From Paraspadella gotoi (Eukaryota > Animalia > Chaetognatha), in contig CM119263.1 of the NCBI GenBank assembly GCA_051294375.1, positions 14,028,414 to 14,092,413 of the forward strand: a DNA stretch of 64,000 nucleotides, written 5' to 3'. Below the pieces are notes generated by a model, which was given only the letters and a program-made list of their open reading frames with translations, had not been told where the DNA came from and did not search any database. Shown here in pieces: positions 12,763 to 26,563 of this stretch; within the stretch, counting starts at the first letter, position 1, and each line of letters begins with the position of its first letter. Position numbers and translations under genes: made by a program.

Positions 12763-15700
12763 ACAGCAACGGGTGATCGACGTGAGTCTCTTGTCTCAGG
12801 AATCTCACCTCTCCTCTCTCGATCCTTCCAAAGTTTTTCATGTCGGCGTCATCCCGTCGGGCGTTTGAGTCCCCTCACCCTTCGCCGTCTCACACTCCTC
12901 AATCCGTCCTCACTCTCTTTTTTGCTCCCTCGTGCCTCTCCCCCGCCCAACTATCACCATCGACCTCCCGAACATCTGGTCCCCTCCGAGATTCTGGGAA
13001 ACTTTTCACCGTCATAAAATAATTACGCAATTCTTCGCCCCTAAAAAAAACTTTTTCGCGAGAATAGAGAGGAGAGAAAAAAAAACCGGGTGGGGTCATG
13101 GAACAAACGATGCTTTTTTTTTTTTTCTTCTTTATAATCGAACCCTTGAGTCAAGAAGAAAAAATGTGCGAACTGCGGTTGTGCTCGCTGAACAGTGAAC
13201 GGCTCTAGTAGTGTTTGATTTCCATCCTTTGTTCCCTGTACTAAACACGAATTCTTGGCCAAACGCGGCGCTGTATAATCCGCAACGGATATCCCTCAAT
13301 TTTCCTCAAAGGATTTTTGAATAGAGAATAATAACTAAAGCCACAGTGAATTTTTCTTTATCAGTTTTAATCTATCTCAGCTCGATCTCTTCTTTTCCAC
13401 GATTCGAAGAAAAAAAGTTAATTCGAACCTCGATTCGATCAGATCGAATCCAATTTCCCTCTTCCATCGTTCTCCAGGGTGTTTTTCTATTCGTCGTCGT
13501 CGTCGTCGTCGTCGTCGTCTTCGACCAAGCGAGAATTCGAATTAGTTCTTTTGTCGATGAAAAAAGCTCTGATCCGCGTAATGTAAACATGCGTCGTCGG
13601 GTCGCAATTTGGATCTTGCAACGCGTAGTCGGTAATCCTATTCCGGTTGTTCGTCGACATCGTCGTCGCGTTTGCATCGTCTTCAGTTGCGCGTTGATCG
13701 AGGGATTCGAGGGGAGCTTGGAGTGGTTGGCGACGTCGTCATTGGCGTCGCTAACGTCTCCACTCAATTCAGTGGACGATGGAATCGAATCTGTCCGTGG
13801 AGACTGAGGCTCTTCGAAACTATCGGAAAGAGAGGCTTAGAATCGGTTTGAAAAGGCGCCGAGGAAATAGTTAACTGAAAAGAATTCGGCCTCGTCCGTA
13901 AGGTTATCAACATCGTTGTGAAAGTAGCGACGCTAGGAAAATTGAAAATTGTAAATCCCGAAAAAAACAAGGGCGTTTTTAAACCGCTGATTGCCTCGAC
14001 CTTACTTCTTCGTTGGAGGTAAGTAACTGGCGACGCGAATCCCGCGAATCGAGACGTTTAGCAAGATGACCGGCCCGTCTCATTCTTTGTTGAGGTCGCG
14101 ACAAGGCCGACAAAAAAAAAGAACGAGAAAAATGCGATTCCATTTGAGGGTGGAAACTTGAGAAATAACAAATCGGACCATCTCATTCACACTTGACCAT
14201 TCTGTGTGGCCGAAGAGCTAAGATACGTTAATTAAATCTCCACTTGAACATAGCGATTAGAGAAGAGAGAATTTTACATCGGTGTTAGATTCGCAAAAAC
14301 AGTTCCATTTAAAAAATGTTAAAACATATCTTGTTGCATAAACGAACAAATCATTCGCGTATATTTCTTTATACCATTTCGATCCATAATCTACATTAAT
14401 CTTTTCAAAAAAACCTAAAAGCGTGGCCCACTGTCCGGGGACATGCCTGCGATAGATCAGACAAAACGGATTTTTAGTTCAGTTAGCATTATTTTTTCCG
14501 CAGGAAAATTTTTTTTTTTTTTTAAAACTTTAGAATTCAATTTTATCATCGGCAAGAAACACAGAAGCTCTCACTCGAGATAAAACGGAGACGAACAACG
14601 ACGACAACGGGACGAATGGACGGCGAGTCCCTGGGTGGCGGGAAGGCTTTGGTGACGTCACGATGCTCCGGATCGGATTGTTCGCACCCGACGACGCTCG
14701 AATCTGCGCAAAACTCTGATCTTTGGCTTTGAATTGTTTGTCGTCTCGAATCTCGATCTCTTCGCGATGCGACGAAACCCTTTTCGATCTTTTTCGTGCG
14801 AGGAATGCGAAGGGAGTTTCCTCGCACGAGTCCGATGGCCTTCTCGCGCTCGCGACAGGAAACGCAAACAAAGCTTTATCTGGTTGTGGATATAAAAGAA
14901 AGTTTTAATTTGGAAAAATTTATACTTTTAAAAAAAAAAAAAGGTTACAATGATACAATTTGTGGCGTTTTAAAAGTTTGTTAAATGTAAGTAATATCAT
15001 AAAGTTGAAGATAACTAACAACATTAAAAGTTATCTGGAATAATAATGACGCAAAAATGCATATGAAATCTGTAATGGGATAGAAAAAAAGCGGTATGAA
15101 GAGACAATTAAATACAAGCAATGCACAGAGTACAATCTCCATTCGAAAGATTTGCTTAAAACAGTTTTTATTGTGTCGATTTTGATCGCGTTTATACAGG
15201 TGCATAAGAGGGCATACAAATTTACTTTATTTTAGAAATCCTTACGCACAAATTTTACTTATTCTTTGATCGTCTCCTTAATCCCCCGTCGTTAATCCCC
15301 GGCCGCGGGCCACGGCCACCTCAAACCGCCCACCCCCCCTTTCCAATCCCCGGTAGCTCAAACTCGGTTCTCGTTTGTTTATTTTTCTTGTCATATGCGC
15401 GAAAATCCTTTTGCGTTTTCCCAGGCCAAAGCGTCCCCGCCTCCCCCCTCCGTGCTCTCCCAGGGCAGCTTCGAACCGCTGATCGTCAATGAAATACTAC
15501 CCGGCGTCTTTATTCGTTTTTTTGGGCGAAAGGGAAAGCTTGGATTGGTTGGCGATTTCCGCGCCAGGCGTCAAAATCCAGCGTCCAAGGAAATTCCTTG
15601 TCGGCGCGTCGTGAGCCCCTAGCGAAGTAGGATTAGGGAAGATGGATGGATCGTTGGAGAGGAGGAGGAAACGAAGAGGAGGAGGCTCCAGAAACTTAGC

Positions 15701-16756
15701 GAGGACAAAGACGGGAAATTTCTCGCGAGCAGCGAAAAAAAATGAAAAAATAATGGCACGAGAGATAAGAGAATCTCGTCTCCTTTTACGAGACGATTTT
15801 TCTTTTCCTTTTCTCTGGTGGCCTTTTTTTCTTTCTTTTCTTGGAATGAAGAAGAGAGAGACGGAGACGCGTCTCCGACAAGATGGGCCATCGTGGCGAC
15901 GGAAGGATCCTCCGCCGGGAGGGCGTGACGCTCAACCGAAACACGTGACATCGAAGTTATTGTGTTCGTCTTAGGCGAGTCGGTAACCGCGGCTTTTTTT
16001 AGCAAAGTTATTAATGATAGCAACTGATTGGTCAATGCAAAATTCAGATGTATGAATTTCGCCATTCAACGTCCAGTTTGGAAACACGAATTATGTATGG
16101 ATCTTAACTAAGTTTATGATAAGCATCGATTGAAGAAGGATAATTAAAAATCAAATATATGTTTGTATAATGATTAAATAAAACAAAAATATTTTTTTCT
16201 GTTCTTTAGCTTGTTTGTTTGTTTGTCTGTTAACGGTAAAGAAAAAAGTAAAAAGAAAATAAAAAACAAACAGAATAATCCTGAGGATTATTTTCCAATT
16301 CCAAACTCTCGCTGCTCAAGCCTTTTTGAAAAAACATGCATCTTCCATTTTACAGAAATTAATAACTATTTAAGATGTTTTTTGATCCCTCCGAAAAGGC
16401 GGATGTTCGGCAACAATCGAGTAACAATAACTAAAACCAATCACAAAAATCAAAATCACAAAAATAGATTCTACCTATAATCTTGGTGAGGAAACCGAAT
16501 TCTTAAAAAGAGAAAAATACCAAACAGCCAATAAAAAGTATGCCCAGCAAAAATAAAAACAACAACCACGCGGCCTGTCCAATATCCTTTTAAATGGACG
16601 TTGTAACTAAACCACTCTATAATTCAGGCCACATATAATCTTCACGTCTCCTATAATCCTCACGAAATCGGGAGGGAGAAGAGAATCAAAGGGAATAAAG
16701 GAAAGAAAATGAGAAATGAAAGAAAACAAGAAAGAAAAAAAAAATAAAAAAAAAGA

Positions 16757-16833
<77 letters not shown>

Positions 16834-17435
16834 GGACGAGAGGTTTAAAGTGCTGAGTTCCCGCCTCAGAACAACGCCTTCCGCTCACGGCCAAAAAAGG
16901 ACGGGCAAACAACAAAAACTTTCGAGCGAAATGACGTCGACGGCGCCGAACGACGACGACGATGAACGTGGGTTAAAACGGCGTCTTTTCCGCGTTCCAT
17001 GAACACAAAACCCCTCGAACGAACCAGGGGTTGTGAGACGGGAGGGATTTTGAGGGGGAAAGGTCCGGGGGGGGGAGTTGACATTTGAAGGTGACAAAGA
17101 CTGGGTCGAACTTTCGAACGAAGGCCCGATAAAAAACGACTAAAGGGTTTTTCTGGTGAGACGAGGTTTAGGATACGAGCCGGTAATGGAGACCGTTTCG
17201 AAAACCGGACAAAGGGACAAAACGAGATGATTGGAATCGAATCTGAGGTTGCATCGAGGGATTAGAGAGAGAAGAGAGAGAGAAAGAGAGAGAAAGAGAA
17301 AGAGAGAGAGAGAGAGGGAGAGAGAGAGAAGAGATGAGAGAGAGAGAGAGAGAGAAATATACGAAAAAATTTATAGACCCAAATCTGAATCCCTTTCAAT
17401 CCTAACTACTNNNNNNNNNNNNNNNNNNNNNNNNN

Positions 17436-20400
17436 TGAAACCCAAATGATTTGTTTGTTTGTTTTTTTCCGACGCTAAGAAACAAAGAAAAACGATGGGC
17501 ACCTCATAGTCTCTAGAAATATGCGAAGAAAGTTTTTTCCATAAGATTCTCTTTCTGAGAATCCATTTAGTTTATTTGTTCTAGATTTCTATGGCTAACA
17601 CTGGTTATTTGCGAGAGTTAGAGTAATCAAAAAAACTTTTTTCTCGCCCTCATTGAGGTCATTGACATTGATTGACAAGAGTCCTTTGGCTCGCTATATA
17701 TTTCGAATTTTGACAGCTTTCTCATACCGTTAAGTTTTCAATAAGTACAAACGATAGCATTTTTTTTGGAAAGCAAGAAGTCCTGGTTGGTATCATATTT
17801 GATATTTAAACGCAATAAAAAAATTAACCATGGAAAATAATACATTTTTAGATCATTAATAAAAACCAAGAAAATTTTAAAGAAATAAAAACCTTTGAAT
17901 CGATTTTTGTGTCTCCGAGACTGAGGGACTGACTGACTGAATCGGCTTGTAGAAGAGATAGCGGTGGGGTTAAAAAAAGGTAAAAAAAAAAGATTATATG
18001 TGATTAAAAGCATCTAAGACAAAATATCAAATTGTTACAAGCTTAGAAAAGAAAGAAAATAAAAAGAAGAACAGAGACGGACGCTCCTTCCTCATTTTAT
18101 TCCAACGATGAAAAACTTTTAGGGAGAAAAAAAAATCGATAAATCTGAAATCGACGACGACGACGATAATTTTTTTCCCCCGCGACTTCGACAAAGTTTT
18201 ACGTCGGCGTAAAACGTCACCTGCGCCTCGATTCTCACGGTCCTGAAATGGACGCCCATCCAATCAACGCGAGCATTCATCCGTTATCACTCCCAGCACC
18301 CATCACGCTCGAGTATGGATCTATTTGTAGATTGCAGTCCTCCTACCGCTCCAAGAACAACAGCAACAGCAACTTTCGCTTCAACGAAAACGGTTTAAAG
18401 ACCCAGCGTTTCCTCAGCACCTTTAACTCTCTCCACAACTTCTACCACCTCCTCTCGTCAATTTCGTCGTTGTCAACTACTCCATTAAACTTTATCGTTC
18501 ATATCTCGACAATCGGGATCGAGGCTGACAAAGAATGAGGGCGGCTGCGACGACCAAGCTCGTCTCACGCTCCCCCACCCTTCGCCCCTTTCTCCCCCCC
18601 CCCCGATCCACGCGTGGCGCTTCTCTTAATCTAATCTAATGACTCCCGTCGCAGATATCGAGGCCAAGATTTACCTTCGAATCGATATTGGAGAGGAAGG
18701 TCGGTCCTCGCCGCGTTTATAATCTACACAAAGTCAGGGTGGATATCTCTCTCTCTCTCTCTCTCTCTCTCNNNNNNNNNNNNNNNNNNNNNNNNNNNNN
18801 NNNNNNNNNNNNNNNNNNNNNNNNNNNNNNNNNNNNNNNNNNNNNNNNNNNNNNNNNNNNNNNNNNNNNNNNNNNNNNNNNNNNNNNNNNNNNNNNNNNN
18901 NNNNNNNNNNNNNNNNNNNNNNNNNNNNNNNNNNNNNNNNNNNNNNNNNNNNNNNNNTTAAAATCTAACTCTTCCTAGTTCGCTCATATAAATTTTTAAT
19001 TGTCATATATTTAAAACCCCCCTTTTTTACCATACCCCATTAGCCTAATTCGTCGCCTTTTCTAATTACATCTACATTGATAAAACATCCGGAAAATATT
19101 TCAATTTTAAATTTCCTACTTTCCTCTCGTGCNNNNNNNNNNNNNNNNNNNNNNNNNNNNNNNNNNNNNNNNNNNNNNNNNNNNNNNNNNNNNNNNNNNN
19201 NNNNNNNNNNNNNNNNNNNNNNNNNNNNNNNNNNNNNNNNNNNNNNNNNNNNNNNNNNNNNNNNNNNNNNNNNNNNNNNNNNNNNNNNNNNNNNNNNNNN
19301 NNNNNNNNNNNNNNNNNNNNNNNNNNNNNNNNNNNNNNCACCCCCCTCGCGCACCGCGGCACGCGACTTTTCCCAATCACCTGCGGAGATGCGATTCCTT
19401 CTCGCTTCCCACGTCTCAATAGCGATCGCCTAATGATTCTCTCTCTCTTTCTCTCTCTCTCTCGTCGTTCCCTCATCTGTGTTTTTTAGCTAATTTCCAA
19501 GTCATCTCATTATTAGAAAAACAGAAAAGAGGGGTAAGCAAAGAAACATAGGAAAAGCACAAAAGAACAAAAAAAATAAAAAAATAGAGAAACAAGAAAA
19601 AAGAAAAATAAGAAAAATAAGCAAAGACGATAAAAAAAAAGACAAACAGTGGAGACAGACACTTCGATTGAACTTGGAAATGACTAAAAAAATCTGCAAA
19701 GAAAGGAAATAAAAAGAAACGACGACTCATTGTCGCAAGAAAACGAGAAATCTCTTCGTCTTACCTTTTTCTTCCCCCTCACTTGGCACTTATTCTTTAC
19801 TTTCACCTCATTCGAGAATTCTTTTTTGGCATATATACAATTACAAACTACAATTGTAGTGAACTTTACGAAAGAAAATATAATCAACATTACAAACGTA
19901 TCTAACTTGATTAATTAGCTAATAATTGATAATTAAATACCGAAAAAAGAAAAGAAAAGAAAAGAAAGAATAGAAAAAAAAGAAAAAAAAGAAAGAAAAA
20001 AAAGAGAAAAGAAAAGAAAAGGAAAAAATGAGAAACGAAAAGAAAAAAAAAGAGAAAAGAAAAGAAAAGAAAAGAAAAGAAAAGAAAAGAAAAGAAAAGA
20101 GAAAAGAAAAGAAAGAGAAAAAAGAAAAGAAAGAGAAAAAAGAAAGAGAAAAGAAAAGAAAAAAAGAAAAGAAACAAAAAGAAAAAGGAAAAAGAAGGAG
20201 AAAAGAAAAGAAAAGAAAAGAAAAGAAAAGAAAAGAAAAGAAAAGAAAAGAAAAGAAAAGAAAAAAGAAAGAGAAAAGAAAAGAAAGAGAAAAAAAATAA
20301 AGAGAAAAGAATGAGAAAAGAAGAGAAAAGAAAAGAAAAGAAAGAGAAAAGAAGAGAGAGATTAAAGAGTATCAAACGAAACAAAAGCTTTTAAAATGTT

Positions 20401-23400
20401 TGAATTGACTATTGAGTATGGGACTTCTTTGTCGTAGCTGGAGTGGGTTTCATTTAGTTTAAAAGTTGAAAAAAGTTCCACGCTACTTTTTAGAGAGTCT
20501 CCAGCCTTCCCCACTCCCCTCAAACTTACCGAATCCGATCATGGAGTGGCTGTGCAGGGGCTCGCCCATCGGAGATGCGCGCCAAAAACGAGGCGAGACG
20601 CCAGGCGCGGCGAGCGGCGGCGAGAAGGGCGCGCGAAACTGCGGCTGCGGCCCCAAAGGGGGCAGCCGGGGGGCCGAACGTGGCTTCACTGACGACGTGA
20701 CGAACGGAGTCATGTTTTTAACGACTTGAGTAGAAGGGGCGGGGCGTTGGGGGCGCTTGGTAAGGGGGGGGGGGGGAAAGAGGCGGGAAACAAATAGAAG
20801 TAAAGTGTTTAGTTAACATCTCAGTGCTTTTTAATATAAAAAAAATTGCTTTGTAAGTAAATATAGTAAATAAATATAAACTCGCGAACCTAAGATAATA
20901 AGGCGATAGCCATTTTCGAATCTCATCTTTTGCCTCTTCTGCTTCATCTCCACGCAATAACCATCCGCTGCAAAAACGATATCATCCCCATTTCGTTCCC
21001 ACCGAAAACGTCGTCATGATCCATAATATTACTGCAAAAGTTAAGAGATTCTTCCTTACCCGCGTGCGTTGTTCAAAACCGGTTCACCTTTCTCTCTTAC
21101 CAACTTCTTCGGCTATCTCTCCTACCCTAAACGAATCAAAATTCTTCGCAGCAGCAAATTCAAGGCGTCGGCTTCGTGAAATCAAAAAGCTACTCGCGCG
21201 GAAGAGATGCTTGTTTTCAGAAACCAAGCACGTGAGATGGAAAGCTGCAACGGCCAATCTGTAAAAAGTTTTGTTATTTTCCAAAAGAATTCAATACTCT
21301 AATGGCTCTTTTTACGATGTTTTAATCAACCAGTTTTACCGAGTTCCGAGAAGCCTCATTTCTTATTTTTAATTTTCTTACTTGTAACATTAAATTTTAA
21401 GAAATGTAAAATGCGGTCTGGAATCTTTTCTCGAACTTCTCGGGTGTCAAATATTGCTCAACTTGTTGAGAGAAAGAAAGAAAAATTTACAAGACGTTAA
21501 GCAGGATAAAAAAAAAAGGAGTAAGAAGGAGGAAGAGGAGAGGAAGCGAGAAAGAAAGATAAAAGGAGTATAATTGAAAAAGGAAGTTGAGCAAAGAAGA
21601 CTGACTTCTTCTCTCTTCTCTCCTCTATCTCTCTCTCTGCTCTTCTCTCATCTCATCATGCTCGTCTCTCTCTCTCTCTCTCTCTCTCCTCTCTCTCTCC
21701 TCCTCCGCCTCCCTTTGCAACGCCCCAGCCGTCTGAGCAAAAAAAAACATAAAAGGAAAAAAAAAGGAAACAAAGACCTGAGGCGGAGGAAGATGGGGGG
21801 GGTTGAAAGGGGGCCGAGGGGGTTTGAAGGGGGGCGTAGGGGGGTGGAGACCCCTTCACCGATTTTTTCGCGCTTTTGTTTTAGATCTTTTATGGATTCC
21901 ACTAAGTCCGTCTTCGTCGTCGTCAGTCGTCTCGTCGTCGTCCGTCGTCTTCGTCGTCGTCGTCGGAGTTTAAAAAATTTAAATCACTTCAGCATGGAGG
22001 GGCCTTCAATCTATCTATCAGTATTTTTATTACATTTGTGCTTTCCTTTCCTTTCCTTTCCCTTTCCTTTCCTTTCCTTTCCTTTCTTTCGTTTTTCTTT
22101 TTCTATCGNNNNNNNNNNNNNNNNNNNNNNNNNAAGAAAAGAAAAGAAAAGAAAAGAAAAGAAAAGAAAGACAGCAACGGTGATCGACGTGAGTCTCTTG
22201 GTCTCAGGATCTCACCTCTCCTCTCTCGATCTCCAAAGTTTTTCATGTCGGCGTCAAAATGCCCGTCGGGCGTTGAGTCCCTCACCCTTCGCCGTCTCAC
22301 ACTCACTCAATCCGTCTCACTCTCTCTTTTTCTCCCTCGTCCTCTCCCCCCCCCCAACTTCCATCACCTCCCGAACATCTGGTCCCCTCGAGATTCTGGA
22401 AACTTTTCACCGTCAATAAAATAATTACCTTCTTCCCCCTAAAAAAAAACTTTTTCGCGAAGAATAGAGAGCGCGAAAAAAAAACCGGGTGGGGTCTGAA
22501 CAAACGATGCTTTTTATTTTTTTTTCTTCTTTATAATCGAACACTTGAGTCAAGAAGAAAAAATGTGCGAACGCGGTTGTGCTCGCTGAACAGTGAACGC
22601 TCTAGTAGTGTTTTGATTTCCATCCCTTTTGTTCCCTGTACTAACACGAATTCTTGCCAACCGCGGCGCTGTTAATCGGCAACGGATTTCCCTCAATTTT
22701 CCTCAAAGGATTTTGAATACAGAATAAAACTAAACCCACAGTGATTTTTCTTTATCAGTTTTAAATCTTATCTCAGTCTCGATCTTCCTTCTTTTCCGAT
22801 TCGAGAAAAAAAGTAATTCGAACCTCGATTCGATCAGATCGAATCCAATTCCTCTTCATCGTCTCCAGGGTGTTTTTCTTCGTCGTCGTCGTCGTCGTCT
22901 TCGACCGAGCGAGATTCGATTAGTTCTTTTGTCGATGAAAAAAGCTCTTATCCGCGTAATGTAAACGTCGTCGTCGGGTCCAATTTGGATTTCAACGTAG
23001 TCGTAATCCTAATTCCGTTGTTCGTCGACATCGTCGTCGTTTGCATCGTCTTCAGTTGCGCCGTTGATCGAGGGATTCGAGGGGAGCTGGAGTGGTTGGC
23101 GACGTCGTCATTGGCGTCGCTAACGTCTCCACTCAATTCAGTGACGATGGAATCGAATCTGTCGTGGAGACTGAGGCTCTTCGGAACTATGGAAAGAGAG
23201 GCTTAGAATCGGTTTTGAAAAGGCGCCGAGGAAATAGTTAACTGAAAAGAATTCGCTCCCGTAAGTTATCAACATCGTTGGAGGTAGCGACGGTAGGAAA
23301 TTGAAAATTGTAAATCCCGAAAAAAACAGAGGGAGTTTTACCCCGATTGCCTCGACCTTACTTCTTCGTTGGAGGTCGTAACTGGCGACGCGAATCCCGC

Positions 23401-25986
23401 GGAATCGAGACGTTTACAAGATGACCCCGTCTCATTCTTTGTTGGAGGTCGCGACAGGCGACAAAAAAAAGAACGAGAAAATCGATTCATTTGAGGGTGA
23501 AACTTGAGAATAACAATCGGACATCTCATTCACACTTGACCATTCTGTGTGGCCGAAGAGCTAGATCGTTAATTAAATCTCGACTTGACATAGCGATTAA
23601 GAGATAGAGAGAGATTTATCGGTGTTAAATCGCAAAAACAGTTCATTTAAAAAATGTTAAACATATCTTGTTCCATAAACGAACAAATCTTCGCGTATAT
23701 TTCTTTATACCCAAATTCGAAGCCCTTTCGATCCTATCTACTTATCTTTTCAGAGAAACCAAAAGCGTGGCCACTGTCCGGGGACATGCCTCGATAGATC
23801 AGACAACGGATTTTTAGTTCAGTTAGCATTATTTTTTCCCGGAATTCTAAAACTTTAAGAATTCAATTGTTATCATCGCAGAAACACAGAAGCTCTCACT
23901 CGAGATAAAACGGAGACGACAACGACGACAACGACGAAAACTTGGACCGAGTCCCTGGGGCGGGAAGCTTGGTGACGTCACGATGCTCCGGATCGGATTG
24001 TTCGACCCCGACGACGCTCGAATCTCGCAAACTCGATCTTTGGCATTTGAATTGTTTGTCGTCTCGAATCTCGATCTCTTCGCGATGCGACGAAACCCTT
24101 TTTCGATCTTCGTCGAGGATCGAAGGGAGTTTCCTCGCACGAGTCCGTTGGCCTTCTCCCGCTCGCGACTAGGAAACGCAAACAGAGCTTTATCGGTTGT
24201 GATATAAATAGAGTTTTAATTTGGGAAAAATTTATACTTTTAAACAAAAAAAAAAGGTTACAATGATACAATTTGTGCGTTTTAAAGTTGTTAAATGTAG
24301 TAATATCATAAAGTTGAAGGATAACTAACAACATTAAAAGTTATCTGGAATAATAATGACCAAAAAATGCATTGAACATCTGTAATGGGATAAAGAAAAA
24401 GCGGTATTGAAGAGACAATTAAATACAAGCAATGCACAGAGTACAATCTCCATTCGAAGATTTGCTTAAAAACCGTTTTATTGTGTCGATTTTGATCGCG
24501 TTTATACAGGTGCTAAGAGGGCATACAAATTTACTTTATTTTAGAAATCCTCTACGCAACAAATACTTATTCTTTGATCGTCTCCTTAATCCCCGTCGTT
24601 ATCCCCGGCCCGGGCCACGGCCCCTCAAACCCCCACCCCCCCTTTCCAATCCCCGTAGCTCAAACTCGGTTCTCGTTTGTTTATTTTTCTTGTCATATCG
24701 CGAATCTTTTCGTTTTCCAGGCCAAAGCGTCCAAGCTTCGAACCCCTGTCGTCAATGAATACTACCGGCGTCTTTTATTCGTTTTTTGGCGAAAGGGAAA
24801 GCTTGTGATTGGTTGGCGATTTTCCGCGCCACGTCAAAAATCCAGCGTCCAGAAATTCCTTGTCGGCGCGTCGTGAGCCCTACGAAGTAGGATTAGGGAA
24901 GATGGATGGAATCGTTGGGAGAGGAGGAGGAGGAAGAAGAGGAGGAGCTCCAGAAACTTAGCGAGGACAAAGACGGGAAAGTTTCTCCGAGCGCGAAAAA
25001 AAATGAAAAAATGGCACGAAAGAGATAAGAGATCTCGTCTTCTTTTACGAGACGATTTTTCTTTTCTTTTCTTCTGCCTTTTTTCTTTCTTTTCTTGGAT
25101 GAAGAAGAGAGAGACGGAGACGCGTCTCCGACAAGATGCCATCGGTGGCGACGGAAGGATCCTCCGCGGGAGGGCGTGACGTCACCGAACACGTGACATC
25201 GACGTTATTGTGTTCGTCTTAGGCGTCGTCGGACCGCGGCTTTTTTACAGAGTTATTAATGATAGCAACTGATTGGTCAATGCATTCAGATTTATGAAAA
25301 GATTTCCCATTCAACCGTCAGTTTGGAAACACGAATTATGTATGGATCTTAACTAAGTTTATGATAAGCTCGATTGAAGAAGGATAATTAAAAATCAAAT
25401 ATATGTTGTATAATGATTAAATAAAAACAAAATATTTTTTTCTGTTCTTTAGCTTGTTTGTTTGTTTGTCTGTTAACGGTAAAGAAAAAAGTAAAAAGAA
25501 ATAAAAAACAAAACCATGAATAATCCCGAGGATTATTTTCCAATCCAAACTCTCTGCTCAACGCCTTTTGAAAAACATCATCTTCCATTTAAGAATTAAT
25601 AACTATTTAAGATGTTTTTTGATCCTCCGAAAGGCGATGTTTCGCAACAATCGAAGTAACAATAACTAAAACCAATCACAAAATCAAAATCACAAAAATT
25701 AAGATTCGTACCTATAATCTTGGTGAGGAAACCGAATTCTTAAAAGAGAAAAAAATACCAAACAGCCAATAAAAGTATGCCCAGCAAAAATAAAAACAAC
25801 AACCAACCGGCCTTCAATATCCTTTTAATGCGACGTTGTAATAAAACCACTCTATTAATCTCAGCCACATATAATCTTCACGTCTCTATAATCCTCACGA
25901 AATCGGGAGGAAAAGAGAATCAAAGGGAAATAAAGGAAAGAAAATGAGAAATGAAAGAAAACAAGAAAGAAAATAAAAAATAAAAA

Positions 25987-26065
<79 letters not shown>

Positions 26066-26476
26066 GAGGTTAAGTGCTGAGTTCCCGCCTCAGAAACAAG
26101 CCTTCCGCTCACGGCCAAAAAGGACGGGCAAACAAACAAAACTTCTGAGCGAATGACGTCGACGGCGACGACGACGACGACGATGACGTGGGTTAAAACC
26201 GTCTTTCCGCGTTCATGAACACAAAAACCCTCGAACAGAAAACCCCAGGGTTGAGACGGGAGGGATTTTGAGGGGAAAGGCGGGGGGGGGGGGTTAGTTG
26301 GACATTTGAGGGACAAGACTGGGTCGACTTTTCGAACGAGGCCGATAAAAACGACTAAAGGGTTTTTTTCTGGTGAGACGAGGTTTACGATACGAGCCGG
26401 TAATGGAGGGACCGTTTCGAAAACCGGACAAAGGGACAAAACGAGATGATGGAACGAATCTGAGGTTCATCGAGGG

Positions 26477-26515
<39 letters not shown>

Positions 26516-26563
26516 ACGAAAAAATTTAAACCCAAATCTGAATCCCTTTCAATCCTAACTACT
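17436..26563 (+). repeat. Copy B of tandem segmental duplication, with an extra ~1.75 kb at 20360-22108
   Basis: Collinear with 9149-17410. It differs mainly by 1-bp indels and starts right after the N gap 17411-17435. Confidence 0.92.
19941..20360. repeat. (GAAAA)n purine tract, counterpart of 12141-12762
   Basis: Directly visible. Confidence 0.9.

Larger units (their letters stand above)
9149..17410 (+). repeat. Copy A of ~8-9 kb tandem segmental duplication
   Basis: Collinear with 17436-26563. Shared anchors include GACGCTAAGAAACAAA (~9190/~17471), AGACAGCAACGG (~12761/~22169) and CCCTTTCAATCCTAACTACT (17391-17410/~26544-26563). Confidence 0.92.

Noticed and set aside
12113-12868. Long ORFs of 242 aa (F/S/L-rich) and 110 aa (K/R/E-rich), and similar ORFs at 82-444, 3112-3390, 4323-4679, 19911-20384 and 21574-22419
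   Set aside because: Translations of GA/TTTC/GAAAA simple repeats, which lack stop codons by composition.
14640-14665. CRE-like TGACGTCA and E-box motifs scattered through the non-coding half
   Set aside because: Short motifs are expected by chance in this CpG-rich sequence, and there is no independent support.
18688-19476. ORFs containing long X runs
   Set aside because: They span assembly N gaps.
9149-26563. Duplicated unit as the LTR pair or body of a large transposon
   Set aside because: No gag/pol/transposase ORF, TG..CA ends, TIRs or TSD were seen; the junction is an N gap.
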